Shown here: piece after piece, positions 44,175-51,806 of the stretch
Layout: every line of letters starts with the position of its first letter
Position numbering within the stretch: position 1 is the first letter of the stretch
DNA from: an uncultured bacterium
GTDB lineage: Bacteria > Patescibacteriota > Minisyncoccia > Moranbacterales > GWC2-37-73
Direction of reading: 5' to 3'
Assembly (NCBI GenBank): GCA_903861715.1
Contig: CAIOVI010000037.1
Location: forward strand, 1-54,182
DNA length: 54,182 bases
Notes under the pieces: model-generated
The model's input: the letters and a program-made list of their open reading frames with translations, nothing else
Databases searched by the model: none
What the model was told of the DNA's origin: nothing
Translations under genes and position numbers: made by a program

Positions 44175-45374
44175 TCACCCCATCACTTCGACTTTTTCCA
44201 GCTGCGAGATTTTTTCATTCTCGCAACATTGCTTAGCTAGCCCAAAAGCCACCATCAGCAAAACTGCACTGAGCAAAAACGGCCAATGCAAATTCCTGAC
44301 AAACAAAACCCCACCAACAAGCGGTCCGACAATCATCGAGACTGACAAAATCGAAGACATGATTCCCATCACTTCCCCTCGACGATTGGCTCCGCCAGCC
44401 TTGGCAATAGCGCTCGAAAGCACCACCCGCAAAGTTGATTGAGAAAAGGTAATCAAAATTACACCGAAAATAAAAACAATTGGACTCTTAAAATCCATCA
44501 AGAGAAAGCTTCCCGCCATAACTGGAAAGAACCAAACTTCCAATTGTTTTTCCGTGAAATATTTGAGCCAAATGTTTTTCAGAAAAACAGTTTGGTTGAA
44601 AACCAAAATAATTCCCATGCCAGCAAAAATATAGCCTATCACCCAAGCCGACCAACCGAAAAGTTCTTTCACAAAAAGCGAGAAAATTCCGTTCATGAGA
44701 GCAAAGGCAGTCCCATAAAGAAAAAAAGAAAAATATCTCAAACTCAAAGTTTTATCTTTGGCAGCTCGAAGCAGTGGCAAAAAGGGATTGATTTCAATTT
44801 TCTTTTCAGAAACTGTTCTGTTGTGATGAGTTTCTGGCAAAAAGAACCAAGCGCCAACCATGTTAAGCAGCGCCAAGACTCCCACAAACCAAAAGGGGAA
44901 AGCTGGAGAAATAGCACTAAGCATCGCACCCAAAAATGGCCCGATGATAAATCCAATGCCAAAAACTGCCCCAATGATTCCCAAATTTGATGTTCGTTCT
45001 TTGTCATCCTTGGCAATATCCACCAAATAACTTTGAGCAATCGGAAAATTTCCAGCTGCTGCTCCATCAATGATGCGCCCCAAAAACAAAACCCAGACCG
45101 CATTGGCCCCGGCAAACACAAACCAACCCAAAGCTGTGCTGGCAATGCTCAAAATCAAAACCGGTCTTCTGCCAATGCGATCTGAAAGTGCTCCCAAAAA
45201 TGGCCCGCTCACAAAAGAAAAAAGCGCAAAAACTGAAAAAAGCAACGTCACCACAAAAGAAGAAACCCCAAAACTCTCCACATAAAAAGGCAAAACCGGA
45301 ATAATAATCCCAATTCCCAAGACATCAATAAACACCGTCGCCATTATAATCAACTTATCTTTTTGAATTTTCAT
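44175..45374 (-). CDS. MFS efflux transporter (TetA/DHA1-like)
   Basis: DVLGIGIIIPVLP, GALSDRIGRRPVL, GRIIDG, GFIIGP.LG, LPET. Confidence 0.93.
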   Translation of the reverse strand: MKIQKDKLIIMATVFIDVLGIGIIIPVLPFYVESFGVSSFVVTLLFSVFALFSFVSGPFLGALSDRIGRRPVLILSIASTALGWFVFAGANAVWVLFLGRIIDGAAAGNFPIAQSYLVDIAKDDKERTSNLGIIGAVFGIGFIIGPFLGAMLSAISPAFPFWFVGVLALLNMVGAWFFLPETHHNRTVSEKKIEINPFLPLLRAAKDKTLSLRYFSFFLYGTAFALMNGIFSLFVKELFGWSAWVIGYIFAGMGIILVFNQTVFLKNIWLKYFTEKQLEVWFFPVMAGSFLLMDFKSPIVFIFGVILITFSQSTLRVVLSSAIAKAGGANRRGEVMGIMSSILSVSMIVGPLVGGVLFVRNLHWPFLLSAVLLMVAFGLAKQCCENEKISQLEKVEVMG

Positions 45375-45486
45375 TTATTTTAAATTTTGACTAATTTATT
45401 ACAGAAATCCTATCCAAGCTTAACACACTCCAAAAATCAAACCAAACCCCAGCAAAGAACTACCAAAACAAAAAAACTCTCTCAAC

Positions 45487-45530
45487 AAAGTGTGACAGAA
45501 GTCTGCGGTCGCAGACTTCTGTCACACTTT
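45487..45530. repeat. Palindrome family A, copy P1 (perfect 21-bp arms)
   Basis: AAAGTGTGACAGAAGTCTGCG-GT-CGCAGACTTCTGTCACACTTT. Confidence 0.97.
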
Positions 45531-45571
45531 TATTTTCTAATTAGCAAAACAGTAAAAAGTTTATTAATCAT

Positions 45572-46369
45572 TTAACTCAACGAAATAACAAACAAGTCAA
45601 TTTTCTCACCATAAAATAATTCCGCCAACGCTTGGACATGTGGTGAATTTTCAGTCGTTAAAAATATTTTCTTTCCCCCTTCCTTTAACTTATCTTTAAA
45701 TTCAGGATGCCGATCGAGATACTCTTTTAGTTTTTTTGCGACAATTTCTCCTTGAGAAAATATTTTAATCCCATCTGGAAGATATTTACGAAAAGTTTTT
45801 TCGACTATTGCATAATGCGTGCACCCCAAAATTATAGCATCCATTGAAATACTTTTTTCGAAAAGCTCTTGCGCATATTCCTGAACAACGCTATCAAGTT
45901 GTTCAAAATTTCCAGCCTCAATAATCGGTACCAGCAAAGGACAAGCTTGTTGGAAAACCTTCGCCTGCGGATTAAACTTTGAAATTTCAGCCAAATAAGC
46001 ACACGAGGAAACAGTTGCCTCGGTTGCAAAAATTCCAACATTTCTCGTCCCAATCATTTCTTCCGCAGTCGGAATAATTATTCCCAAAACTTTTTTGCCA
46101 GGATGTTTATCTGGAAGATATTCCTGCTGCAATCTTCTCAATGCCATAGTTGAGGATGTGTTACAGGCTAAAATGATAAGATTAGCTCCTCGCCGAAACA
46201 ACTCCTCAACACCCTGACAGGTATATTGATAAATTTTTTCTTGAGAAAGATTCCCATAAGGAGTTCGAGCATTATCACCCAAATAAATATAGGAATAATT
46301 CGGCAAAGCCTTTTCCACTTCCTTTAAAATAGTCAGGCCTCCAAAGCCAGAATCAAAAAATCCAATCAT
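45572..46369 (-). CDS. murI: Glutamate racemase
   Basis: FDSGFGGLT, GDNARTPYG, ACNT, LGCTHY. Confidence 0.95.
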   Translation of the reverse strand: MIGFFDSGFGGLTILKEVEKALPNYSYIYLGDNARTPYGNLSQEKIYQYTCQGVEELFRRGANLIILACNTSSTMALRRLQQEYLPDKHPGKKVLGIIIPTAEEMIGTRNVGIFATEATVSSCAYLAEISKFNPQAKVFQQACPLLVPIIEAGNFEQLDSVVQEYAQELFEKSISMDAIILGCTHYAIVEKTFRKYLPDGIKIFSQGEIVAKKLKEYLDRHPEFKDKLKEGGKKIFLTTENSPHVQALAELFYGEKIDLFVISLS

Positions 46370-46412
46370 AATAAAATTTATAAATATTTATCCCAAATAA
46401 ACATACCCTCAA

Positions 46413-46456
46413 AAAGTGTGACACATCTCTGCGGTCGCAGACTTCTGTCACACTTT
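46413..46456. repeat. Palindrome family A, copy P2
   Basis: AAAGTGTGACACATCTCTGCG-GT-CGCAGACTTCTGTCACACTTT. Confidence 0.97.
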
Positions 46457-46457
46457 A

Positions 46458-47885
46458 TTATTCCATTATAAGGGCATCCGAACTTTCGGTGTATTTCTTT
46501 ATAAGGGTTGTGATTGTTCCATTTTGTTTCAAAATATTTAGCTCAGTATCCAAGAAATCTTTTAGTCTCTTTTCGCCTAATTTAAAAATGAAAGGATTTT
46601 CGTAAACCCTAATTGGCTTTGCTGGAATTGGCACCAATTCAACCGCTGAATTTTTGTTAAAACTTTCAACAATACAAGGTTCCGTAAATGTAAAATCTGC
46701 TTTATCCTCAGCCACAAATTTTAGAGCTCCCATCACGCTGTCCAATTGCGGAATTCCGACTTGTCGATTGTTTGGAAAGTCAGCTTTCACAATTGAATCC
46801 GTGATGTCATTTTCAATCACGGCCACCCGAATATTTTTATCACCACGAATTTCTTCAATGGTTTTTCCATAGTCAGCGCGAACCCAGGCAAAAGCTGGGC
46901 TTTTATATAGTGACATTGAAAAATCAGCCTTTACCTTTCGCTCTGGCGTCGGCCAAGCAGTGCTGCCAAACATATCAAATCGATTGCTTTCCAAACCTTC
47001 AATAATCACCCCATAACCAACCTCTTCAGTCCAACGAACTTGCCAACTATATTTTTCAGAAATCAAAGAAATAATCTCAAAAAATATTCCCGAGAAAGCA
47101 TTGCGCTCTTCATTATGAATAAAAGCTGGCGGATAATTGATAAAACCAACTCGCAAGATTTTTGTTTTTTCTATCCTATCCAAAACATCCGCAAAACTCT
47201 CATCTTCCTGATCATCCTCCAGCCCCCAGATTGGGTTATATGTTTCATACGGATTTTCAATCAGCAGAAAATCTAGTTGATTCCTAACTATATCGTCGAA
47301 TTTTCCAGAAACATAGCTTTCGTAAACCTCCCAATTTTTATGATAAACATAAACAGCCTTTTGAGTTTTGAGAAATTGCGGCGCGAATTCCAAAAATGCC
47401 AACTCTGAAAGCAGATAGTGAACAGCTATGTCAGTTGATTTTTCCAAATCTTCAATCTTTCGTTCGCCACCTTCTAAAACTTTTCGCGTTGTCAAACTCG
47501 CGACAGCGTGAAATTTTTTATTATTTTTATATAGGTCCAAAACCTGCGCGTATTTCTCCTTATAGTCAGGATTATTTTCAACTTCACCCTCCCAATCAAT
47601 AATTCTCACAATATCATTCAAATAGCCTAACTCCTTTGCTACCTTCAAAACCCTATTTTTCAAAGCATTTCCTTTTGGAATTGCTTTATCTCTGCGCGCT
47701 CGATTTTCTGGATAACCAAAAGCCACATAAGTTGAAATGGCAGGAATGTCAGCCACCAAAATGGCTACTCTGCCAAACCGTTCCACAATGGTCTTCAAAA
47801 GATAACTAATTTCCTCATCTTTAAAATAGCTATTCCCAGGACTCATTCCAATGATATGATAGACTTTTTGGTCAATATTCGACAT
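46458..47885 (-). CDS. tRNA-dependent cyclodipeptide synthase (NYH type) fused to a C-terminal family-3 solute-binding domain
   Basis: N-terminal IIGMSPGNSYF, YVAFGY, HYLLSELAF and VYVYH match AlbC-type CDPS motifs. C-terminal LDRIEKTKILRVG..YPP, G+FFEI, LESNRFD, TPERK..DFS, L.QNGT+..L+KKY match SBP_bac_3. Confidence 0.85.
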   Translation of the reverse strand: MSNIDQKVYHIIGMSPGNSYFKDEEISYLLKTIVERFGRVAILVADIPAISTYVAFGYPENRARRDKAIPKGNALKNRVLKVAKELGYLNDIVRIIDWEGEVENNPDYKEKYAQVLDLYKNNKKFHAVASLTTRKVLEGGERKIEDLEKSTDIAVHYLLSELAFLEFAPQFLKTQKAVYVYHKNWEVYESYVSGKFDDIVRNQLDFLLIENPYETYNPIWGLEDDQEDESFADVLDRIEKTKILRVGFINYPPAFIHNEERNAFSGIFFEIISLISEKYSWQVRWTEEVGYGVIIEGLESNRFDMFGSTAWPTPERKVKADFSMSLYKSPAFAWVRADYGKTIEEIRGDKNIRVAVIENDITDSIVKADFPNNRQVGIPQLDSVMGALKFVAEDKADFTFTEPCIVESFNKNSAVELVPIPAKPIRVYENPFIFKLGEKRLKDFLDTELNILKQNGTITTLIKKYTESSDALIME

Positions 47886-47949
47886 ACGGCTAAATTATAC
47901 AATTTAAGATATTTCCTCTTTTTATCCTACCAGACAAATTTTAATTTTA

Positions 47950-47993
47950 GAAGTGTGACACATCTCTGCGACCGCAGACTTCTGTCACACTTT
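47950..47993. repeat. Palindrome family A, copy P3 (central dinucleotide inverted)
   Basis: GAAGTGTGACACATCTCTGCG-AC-CGCAGACTTCTGTCACACTTT. Confidence 0.97.
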
Positions 47994-48008
47994 TTTTGGA
48001 AAATAATT

Positions 48009-48605
48009 TCATTTATTTCCACCCTTTTTATCAATTTTTGAATAATCAAAAATTTTGTCAACTAAAAGATAATTCACAAATTTATTCATCTTTCTTTTTT
48101 GAATTTCAACGATTATGTCTTCTGTTAAAGAAAACTTACTAATGAAAACACTTTCTTGTAGCTGCTCATATTGCAGAAGATAAAGTTCCCCTCGCAACCA
48201 ATTCCGATCTGCTCTATTTTTTTCCGGAATATCAAAAATTACAAGTCGATATTTTCCATCCCATTTTTTTGCTAAAACTTTTCTGCGCAAACCAATACTT
48301 TCAAACAATTTTATTCCCCTTACACTTAGCGAAAAGATACTGCCTTTCTTTTTCACAATTCCCTGTGCGATCAATCTTTCCAGATTTTTTCTGATTGTAT
48401 TTTTGCTGATTTTCTTATTTTCGAAACCAGTTTCAAATCCAAACAACATTCTTGTTGGTTTTGTGAAGGAATATTTTGGAGAGAAAAATGACTGCGAAGT
48501 CGCCTCGCCTAATTCCCAAAGAGTGGCACAAATATAGTCATTAACCGCTGGTACGCTTTTAAGGATGTGCTTCTGAGCCTGTTTAAGAAAAGTTTTGCTA
48601 GCCAT
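48009..48605 (-). CDS. PaaX-like protein: winged helix plus Cas2-like ferredoxin-fold domain
   Basis: TIRKNLERLIAQGIV...FSLSVRG (wHTH); WDGKYRLVIFDIPE..R..R..LR..L......LQESVF. Confidence 0.88.
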   Translation of the reverse strand: MASKTFLKQAQKHILKSVPAVNDYICATLWELGEATSQSFFSPKYSFTKPTRMLFGFETGFENKKISKNTIRKNLERLIAQGIVKKKGSIFSLSVRGIKLFESIGLRRKVLAKKWDGKYRLVIFDIPEKNRADRNWLRGELYLLQYEQLQESVFISKFSLTEDIIVEIQKRKMNKFVNYLLVDKIFDYSKIDKKGGNK

Positions 48606-48668
48606 ATTTTTAAATTAAAATATTAAGCATGGATTTATTTTAATTTTACCAAATATTTTTTGATTTTA

Positions 48669-48712
48669 AAAGTGTGACAGAAGTCTGCGGTCGCAGACTT
48701 CTGTCACACTTT
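48669..48712. repeat. Palindrome family A, copy P4 (identical to P1)
   Basis: AAAGTGTGACAGAAGTCTGCG-GT-CGCAGACTTCTGTCACACTTT. Confidence 0.97.
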
Positions 48713-48740
48713 TTTCAATTCTCAGTTTTTTTATTTCTCG

Positions 48741-49250
48741 CTACATCCTTTCGCCAAAATTTCTGTTTGAGTGATAAGCTTGCTCCTCTTCCTCAACTGG
48801 CGTGATGTGATATTTAACAATGGTGAGTTTTGAGCCAACATACAGGTCACTATCGTCGGTTTCCTCAACCATATTGCGAAAGTTTTTTTCGTATTTTCGG
48901 CCTTTTGACTCAACCGTGAAAACGTCGAAATATTCAATTGATTCTTTCATGCCATAGTCGCCTTTCACATTTAAATTGATTTCTTTTTCGCCGCTGCCCA
49001 AATCATCAATCACAATTTTCACTTTTTCGCTGTCAAAAATGGCCGTGACTTTTCCATCACCTTTTCCATCGCTCAAAGAATTTTTCACGAGCTCAACCAA
49101 ATAGTTCCCAATCGCATAAAGTTTGCCAGGAGTCGCTGGCGATTTCGCTTCTTTTGAAATCTCTTTCCACCAAGCTCCAACAATGCTAGCGATGTTTCCT
49201 GCTTGCACTGCTTTGATTTCCAAACTTCTCTCGAAAATTTCTTCGGTCAT
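48741..49250 (-). CDS. Stand-alone GHKL/HATPase_c protein (RsbW/anti-sigma-like)
   Basis: ELVKNS (N box), IVIDDLGSG (G1), GDYGM (G2). Confidence 0.7.
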   Translation of the reverse strand: MTEEIFERSLEIKAVQAGNIASIVGAWWKEISKEAKSPATPGKLYAIGNYLVELVKNSLSDGKGDGKVTAIFDSEKVKIVIDDLGSGEKEINLNVKGDYGMKESIEYFDVFTVESKGRKYEKNFRNMVEETDDSDLYVGSKLTIVKYHITPVEEEEQAYHSNRNFGERM

Positions 49251-49358
49251 ATTAATTGTTGTTATTGTTATTTATCAACCTTACATATTTTCATTATATC
49301 GCACTTTCAAGGTAAGCAAAACAACAGCAAAAGTAAAGAAAAATGGACCGCAAAATGC

Positions 49359-49387
49359 TTGACAGCTAAGCTGGAAAGGCATAAACT
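49359..49387 (+). promoter_or_regulatory. Sigma70-type promoter
   Basis: TTGACA-N17-TAAACT upstream of the 49446 ORF. Confidence 0.6.
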
Positions 49388-49445
49388 ATTATGAAGTTTA
49401 TTTAAGGTTAAAAGTTAGTCTAATTTAGAACATTTAAAACATGGG

Positions 49446-49727
49446 ATGATTATGAAAACTCTAAAAGGAACACTTTCGAAAACGGGGGTTTTGAGGAAAA
49501 ATCTCCAAAAGATAAAAAACTATGCCGTCAATGGTGGTGACGCATATGAAATAGGAATTCTACTTTCGCTTATTCTGCAAGACGATGATGAATATGTACC
49601 CTTTTGGGCAAAAGGATATGTTGACAAATATGTAATAAACAAACTTCCAGACGAACAACAGACAGAGGAGCTAAGACAATCAGAAGCTCAGAAACTCATT
49701 GAAAAACTTTCAGCAATGCTGGAATAA
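49446..49727 (+). CDS. Hypothetical protein
   Basis: 93-aa ORF with its own promoter and a downstream hairpin; no family recognised. Confidence 0.65.
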   Translation: MIMKTLKGTLSKTGVLRKNLQKIKNYAVNGGDAYEIGILLSLILQDDDEYVPFWAKGYVDKYVINKLPDEQQTEELRQSEAQKLIEKLSAMLE

Positions 49728-49748
49728 AAACTTCAAGACATTACGTTT

Positions 49749-49798
49749 AGCATCAGGACTATGGCAACATTGCCATGTTACAGTCCTGATGCTTTTTT
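49749..49798. terminator. Hairpin between convergent genes
   Basis: AGCATCAGGACT...AGTCCTGATGCT followed by a T run. Confidence 0.65.
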
Positions 49799-50162
49799 AT
49801 TTCCTCCCCAGTCTTCCATTTGTTTTGTAGCCATCATCAGAAGACCAAACAAGAAACAACCTTTTCTCAAAGCCACCTTTCTTTTCAAAATTTTTCTGTT
49901 GCTGTTTGGCAATTTCTGCTGAAGTAATTTTTTTCAGTTTTAAAATTTCTTCAATCACATCCAGAACATCAGCAATTTCCTCAATAAACTGGCTTTTGTT
50001 TTTAGCTTGCAAAAGTTCACTGCTCTCTTCCCCAGCTTTTTTCAAAAGCTCTTTCAAAAAATCAACTTTTGAAAGTTTGCGAGTTTCAAGCTCGCTTCCC
50101 CGATTAATTATCTTTTCCGGAATTTTGTCCCGTATCAATTTTCGATAATAGATTTTTTTCAT
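49797..50162 (-). CDS. Nucleoside triphosphate pyrophosphohydrolase (MazG-like, all-alpha)
   Basis: Y.KLIRDKIPE.I, EE..E, EEIADVLDV, KKGGFEKR. Confidence 0.9.
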   Translation of the reverse strand: MKKIYYRKLIRDKIPEKIINRGSELETRKLSKVDFLKELLKKAGEESSELLQAKNKSQFIEEIADVLDVIEEILKLKKITSAEIAKQQQKNFEKKGGFEKRLFLVWSSDDGYKTNGRLGRK

Positions 50163-50174
50163 AGTCTTAAATTT

Positions 50175-50666
50175 TTACCACTTTTCCTGATGAATTTTCT
50201 CAATTTTAAACTCTTCGTCGCTGTGCTCGGGTTTTTCCTCGGCAGGAAAACCGATTGGAATGATATCAATCATACGAAAATTTTTGGGCACGCCAAGGAT
50301 TTCTTTGACTTTTTCTTCCCAGACTGGCGTCAGATTTTTCCAAACACTGCCAAGCCCAAGCTCGGCAGCTTGCAAAAAAATATTTTCGGAAACGATGGAA
50401 AGATCCTGCACTGGCAAAACAGATTGATCGGTGGCGACCGGCGCAATCAGCACCGGCGCGGTTTTGATGTAGTCCTGATCAATAACTTCAAAAACTGCTT
50501 CCTTGATTTTTTGATCTCTGATCACAATAAACTCAACCGCACTTCTGCCCATCGCGCTCGGTGCAAATTGCCCAGCTTTGATAATCTCATTTATCATCTC
50601 ATCTGAAACCGAATCACTTTTGTAAGTTCGAAAGCTCCGACGTTTTTTGATTGCGTTGATAATCAT
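50175..50666 (-). CDS. Nitroreductase family protein
   Basis: IKKRRSFR.Y, APSA, NIFLQAAELGLGSVW, IPIGFP. Confidence 0.93.
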   Translation of the reverse strand: MIINAIKKRRSFRTYKSDSVSDEMINEIIKAGQFAPSAMGRSAVEFIVIRDQKIKEAVFEVIDQDYIKTAPVLIAPVATDQSVLPVQDLSIVSENIFLQAAELGLGSVWKNLTPVWEEKVKEILGVPKNFRMIDIIPIGFPAEEKPEHSDEEFKIEKIHQEKW

Positions 50667-50810
50667 AAAGTTTTTAGGTTATTGTTAGGTATTTTCATTA
50701 TAACCCACTTTGGAACTCAAACAAGGCACCCATCGTAAAGCCACCCCGAAGCTGACTCTTGATATTTATAAAATTATCTGTTAATCTAAATTTTGTAAAT
50801 GAGTGATTTT

Positions 50811-51036
50811 GGAGAAGTGACTGAGAGGGTCGGATGCGAGTGTGCGAGCATCAGACGGGTTTCAAAAGAAACCCTGGCGGCCCGAAGTCCACAAATTTTT
50901 GAATTTACAAAGTAAATAGATATGGAGAAGTGACTGAGAGGGTCGGATGCGAGTGTGCGAGCATCAGACGGGTTTCAAAAGAAACCCGGGCGGCCCGAAG
51001 TCCACAAATTTTTGAATTTACGAAGTAAATAGATAT
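50811..51036 (+). repeat. Two 113-bp tandem units, each a tRNA-Ser(GCT) 5' fragment plus a two-hairpin element
   Basis: GGAGAAGTGACTGAGAGG at 50811, 50924 and 51037. Confidence 0.95.
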
Positions 51037-51126
51037 GGAGAAGTGACTGAGAGGCCGAAAGTACCTCACTGCTAACGAGGCAGGGCTTAACCGCCCTCGA
51101 GGGTTCGAATCCCTCCTTCTCCTCCA
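51037..51126 (+). tRNA. tRNA-Ser (GCT)
   Basis: GGAGAAG/CTTCTCC acceptor stem, GCT anticodon, long variable arm, encoded CCA. Confidence 0.95.
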
Positions 51127-51185
51127 AAAAACCAGGCTTTAATTTCGAGGCCCTCAGTTTTTTGTATTTTTGAAAAAAATAAATT

Positions 51186-51235
51186 GGAAGCATGGCCTCC
51201 GCCCAAGGCGGATCCGCCTTGGGCGGAGAGTGGTT
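51186..51235 (+). pseudogene. tRNA-Ser(TGA) 5' fragment interrupted by a 30-bp perfect palindrome
   Basis: GGAAGCATGGCC[TCCGCCCAAGGCGGATCCGCCTTGGGCGGA]GAGTGGTT. Confidence 0.9.
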
Positions 51236-51252
51236 ATTATTTCTTGTGGCTT

Positions 51253-51501
51253 ATGTACTACGTATATATTCTAAAAAGTAAGAAAAATAGCAAATTGTAT
51301 AAAGGATTTACTGCGGATTTACGTAGAAGAGTTGTGGAGCATAATTCTGGAAATTCTGAGTTTACAAAAAATAATAGGCCATGGAAACTTGTTTATTATG
51401 AAGCGTTTGTGAATGAAAAAGATGCAAGAAGAGAAGAAAAATTTGTAAAATCTGGAAAGGGGAGAGAAAGAATAAAATATTTATTTGAAAATCTAGAATA
51501 A
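51253..51501 (+). CDS. Small GIY-YIG nuclease (82 aa)
   Basis: YYVYILKS...LYKGFT.DL.RR..EHN.G...T...RPW.LVYYE......A..E...KSG.GR. Confidence 0.93.
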   Translation: MYYVYILKSKKNSKLYKGFTADLRRRVVEHNSGNSEFTKNNRPWKLVYYEAFVNEKDARREEKFVKSGKGRERIKYLFENLE

Positions 51502-51504
51502 ATT

Positions 51505-51615
51505 GGAAGCATGGCCGAGTGGGTCAAATGCGAAAAAAGAGCATTTGACGGGTTTCAAAAGAAACCCAGGAACCCGAGGTCATTCAAATTTTTGCATTTT
51601 TGAAAAAAATATTAA
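51505..51615 (+). repeat. tRNA-Ser(TGA) 5' fragment plus two-hairpin element (111-bp unit)
   Basis: GGAAGCATGGCCGAGTGG then GTCAAATGC/GCATTTGAC and GGGTTTC-AAAA-GAAACCC. Confidence 0.92.
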
Positions 51616-51700
51616 GGAAGCATGGCCGAGTGGTTGAAGGCAACAGTCTTGAAAACTGTCATGGGGAGACCCATCGTGAGTTCGAATCTCACTGCTTCCT
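51616..51700 (+). tRNA. tRNA-Ser (TGA)
   Basis: GGAAGCA/TGCTTCC acceptor stem, ACAGT-CTTGAAA-ACTGT anticodon arm, long variable arm. Confidence 0.95.
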
Positions 51701-51806
51701 CAAAAAATAAACACCTTTTGGTGTTTTTTTGCTTACTTGAAAAAATTTTGAACAACCCAAGGTTTATGCTAAAGTTAAGTCAGTAAAAGTAACAACGAAA
51801 AAACCT

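Noticed and set aside
45487-48712. CRISPR array with Cas2
   Set aside because: The intervals are 0.7-1.5 kb whole genes rather than 30-40 bp spacers, there is no cas1, and the Cas2-like domain is fused to a wHTH.
45487-48712. Family-A palindromes as plain intrinsic terminators
   Set aside because: They may terminate transcription, but independent terminators would not share near-identical 44-bp sequence with a 2-nt centre.
50175-50666. Nitroreductase as an AlbA-like cyclodipeptide oxidase for the CDPS
   Set aside because: It looks like a generic nitroreductase, has no AlbB partner, and lies outside the palindrome array, separated by unrelated genes.
50811-51036. 113-bp repeats as a CRISPR array or intron-containing tRNAs
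   Set aside because: The units are near-identical with no unique spacers, and no anticodon arm, T arm or acceptor 3' half follows the insert.
51184-51252. N-terminal extension MEAWPPPKADPPWAES of the GIY-YIG ORF
   Set aside because: It is a translation of the tRNA fragment and palindrome; the real start is most likely ATG 51253.
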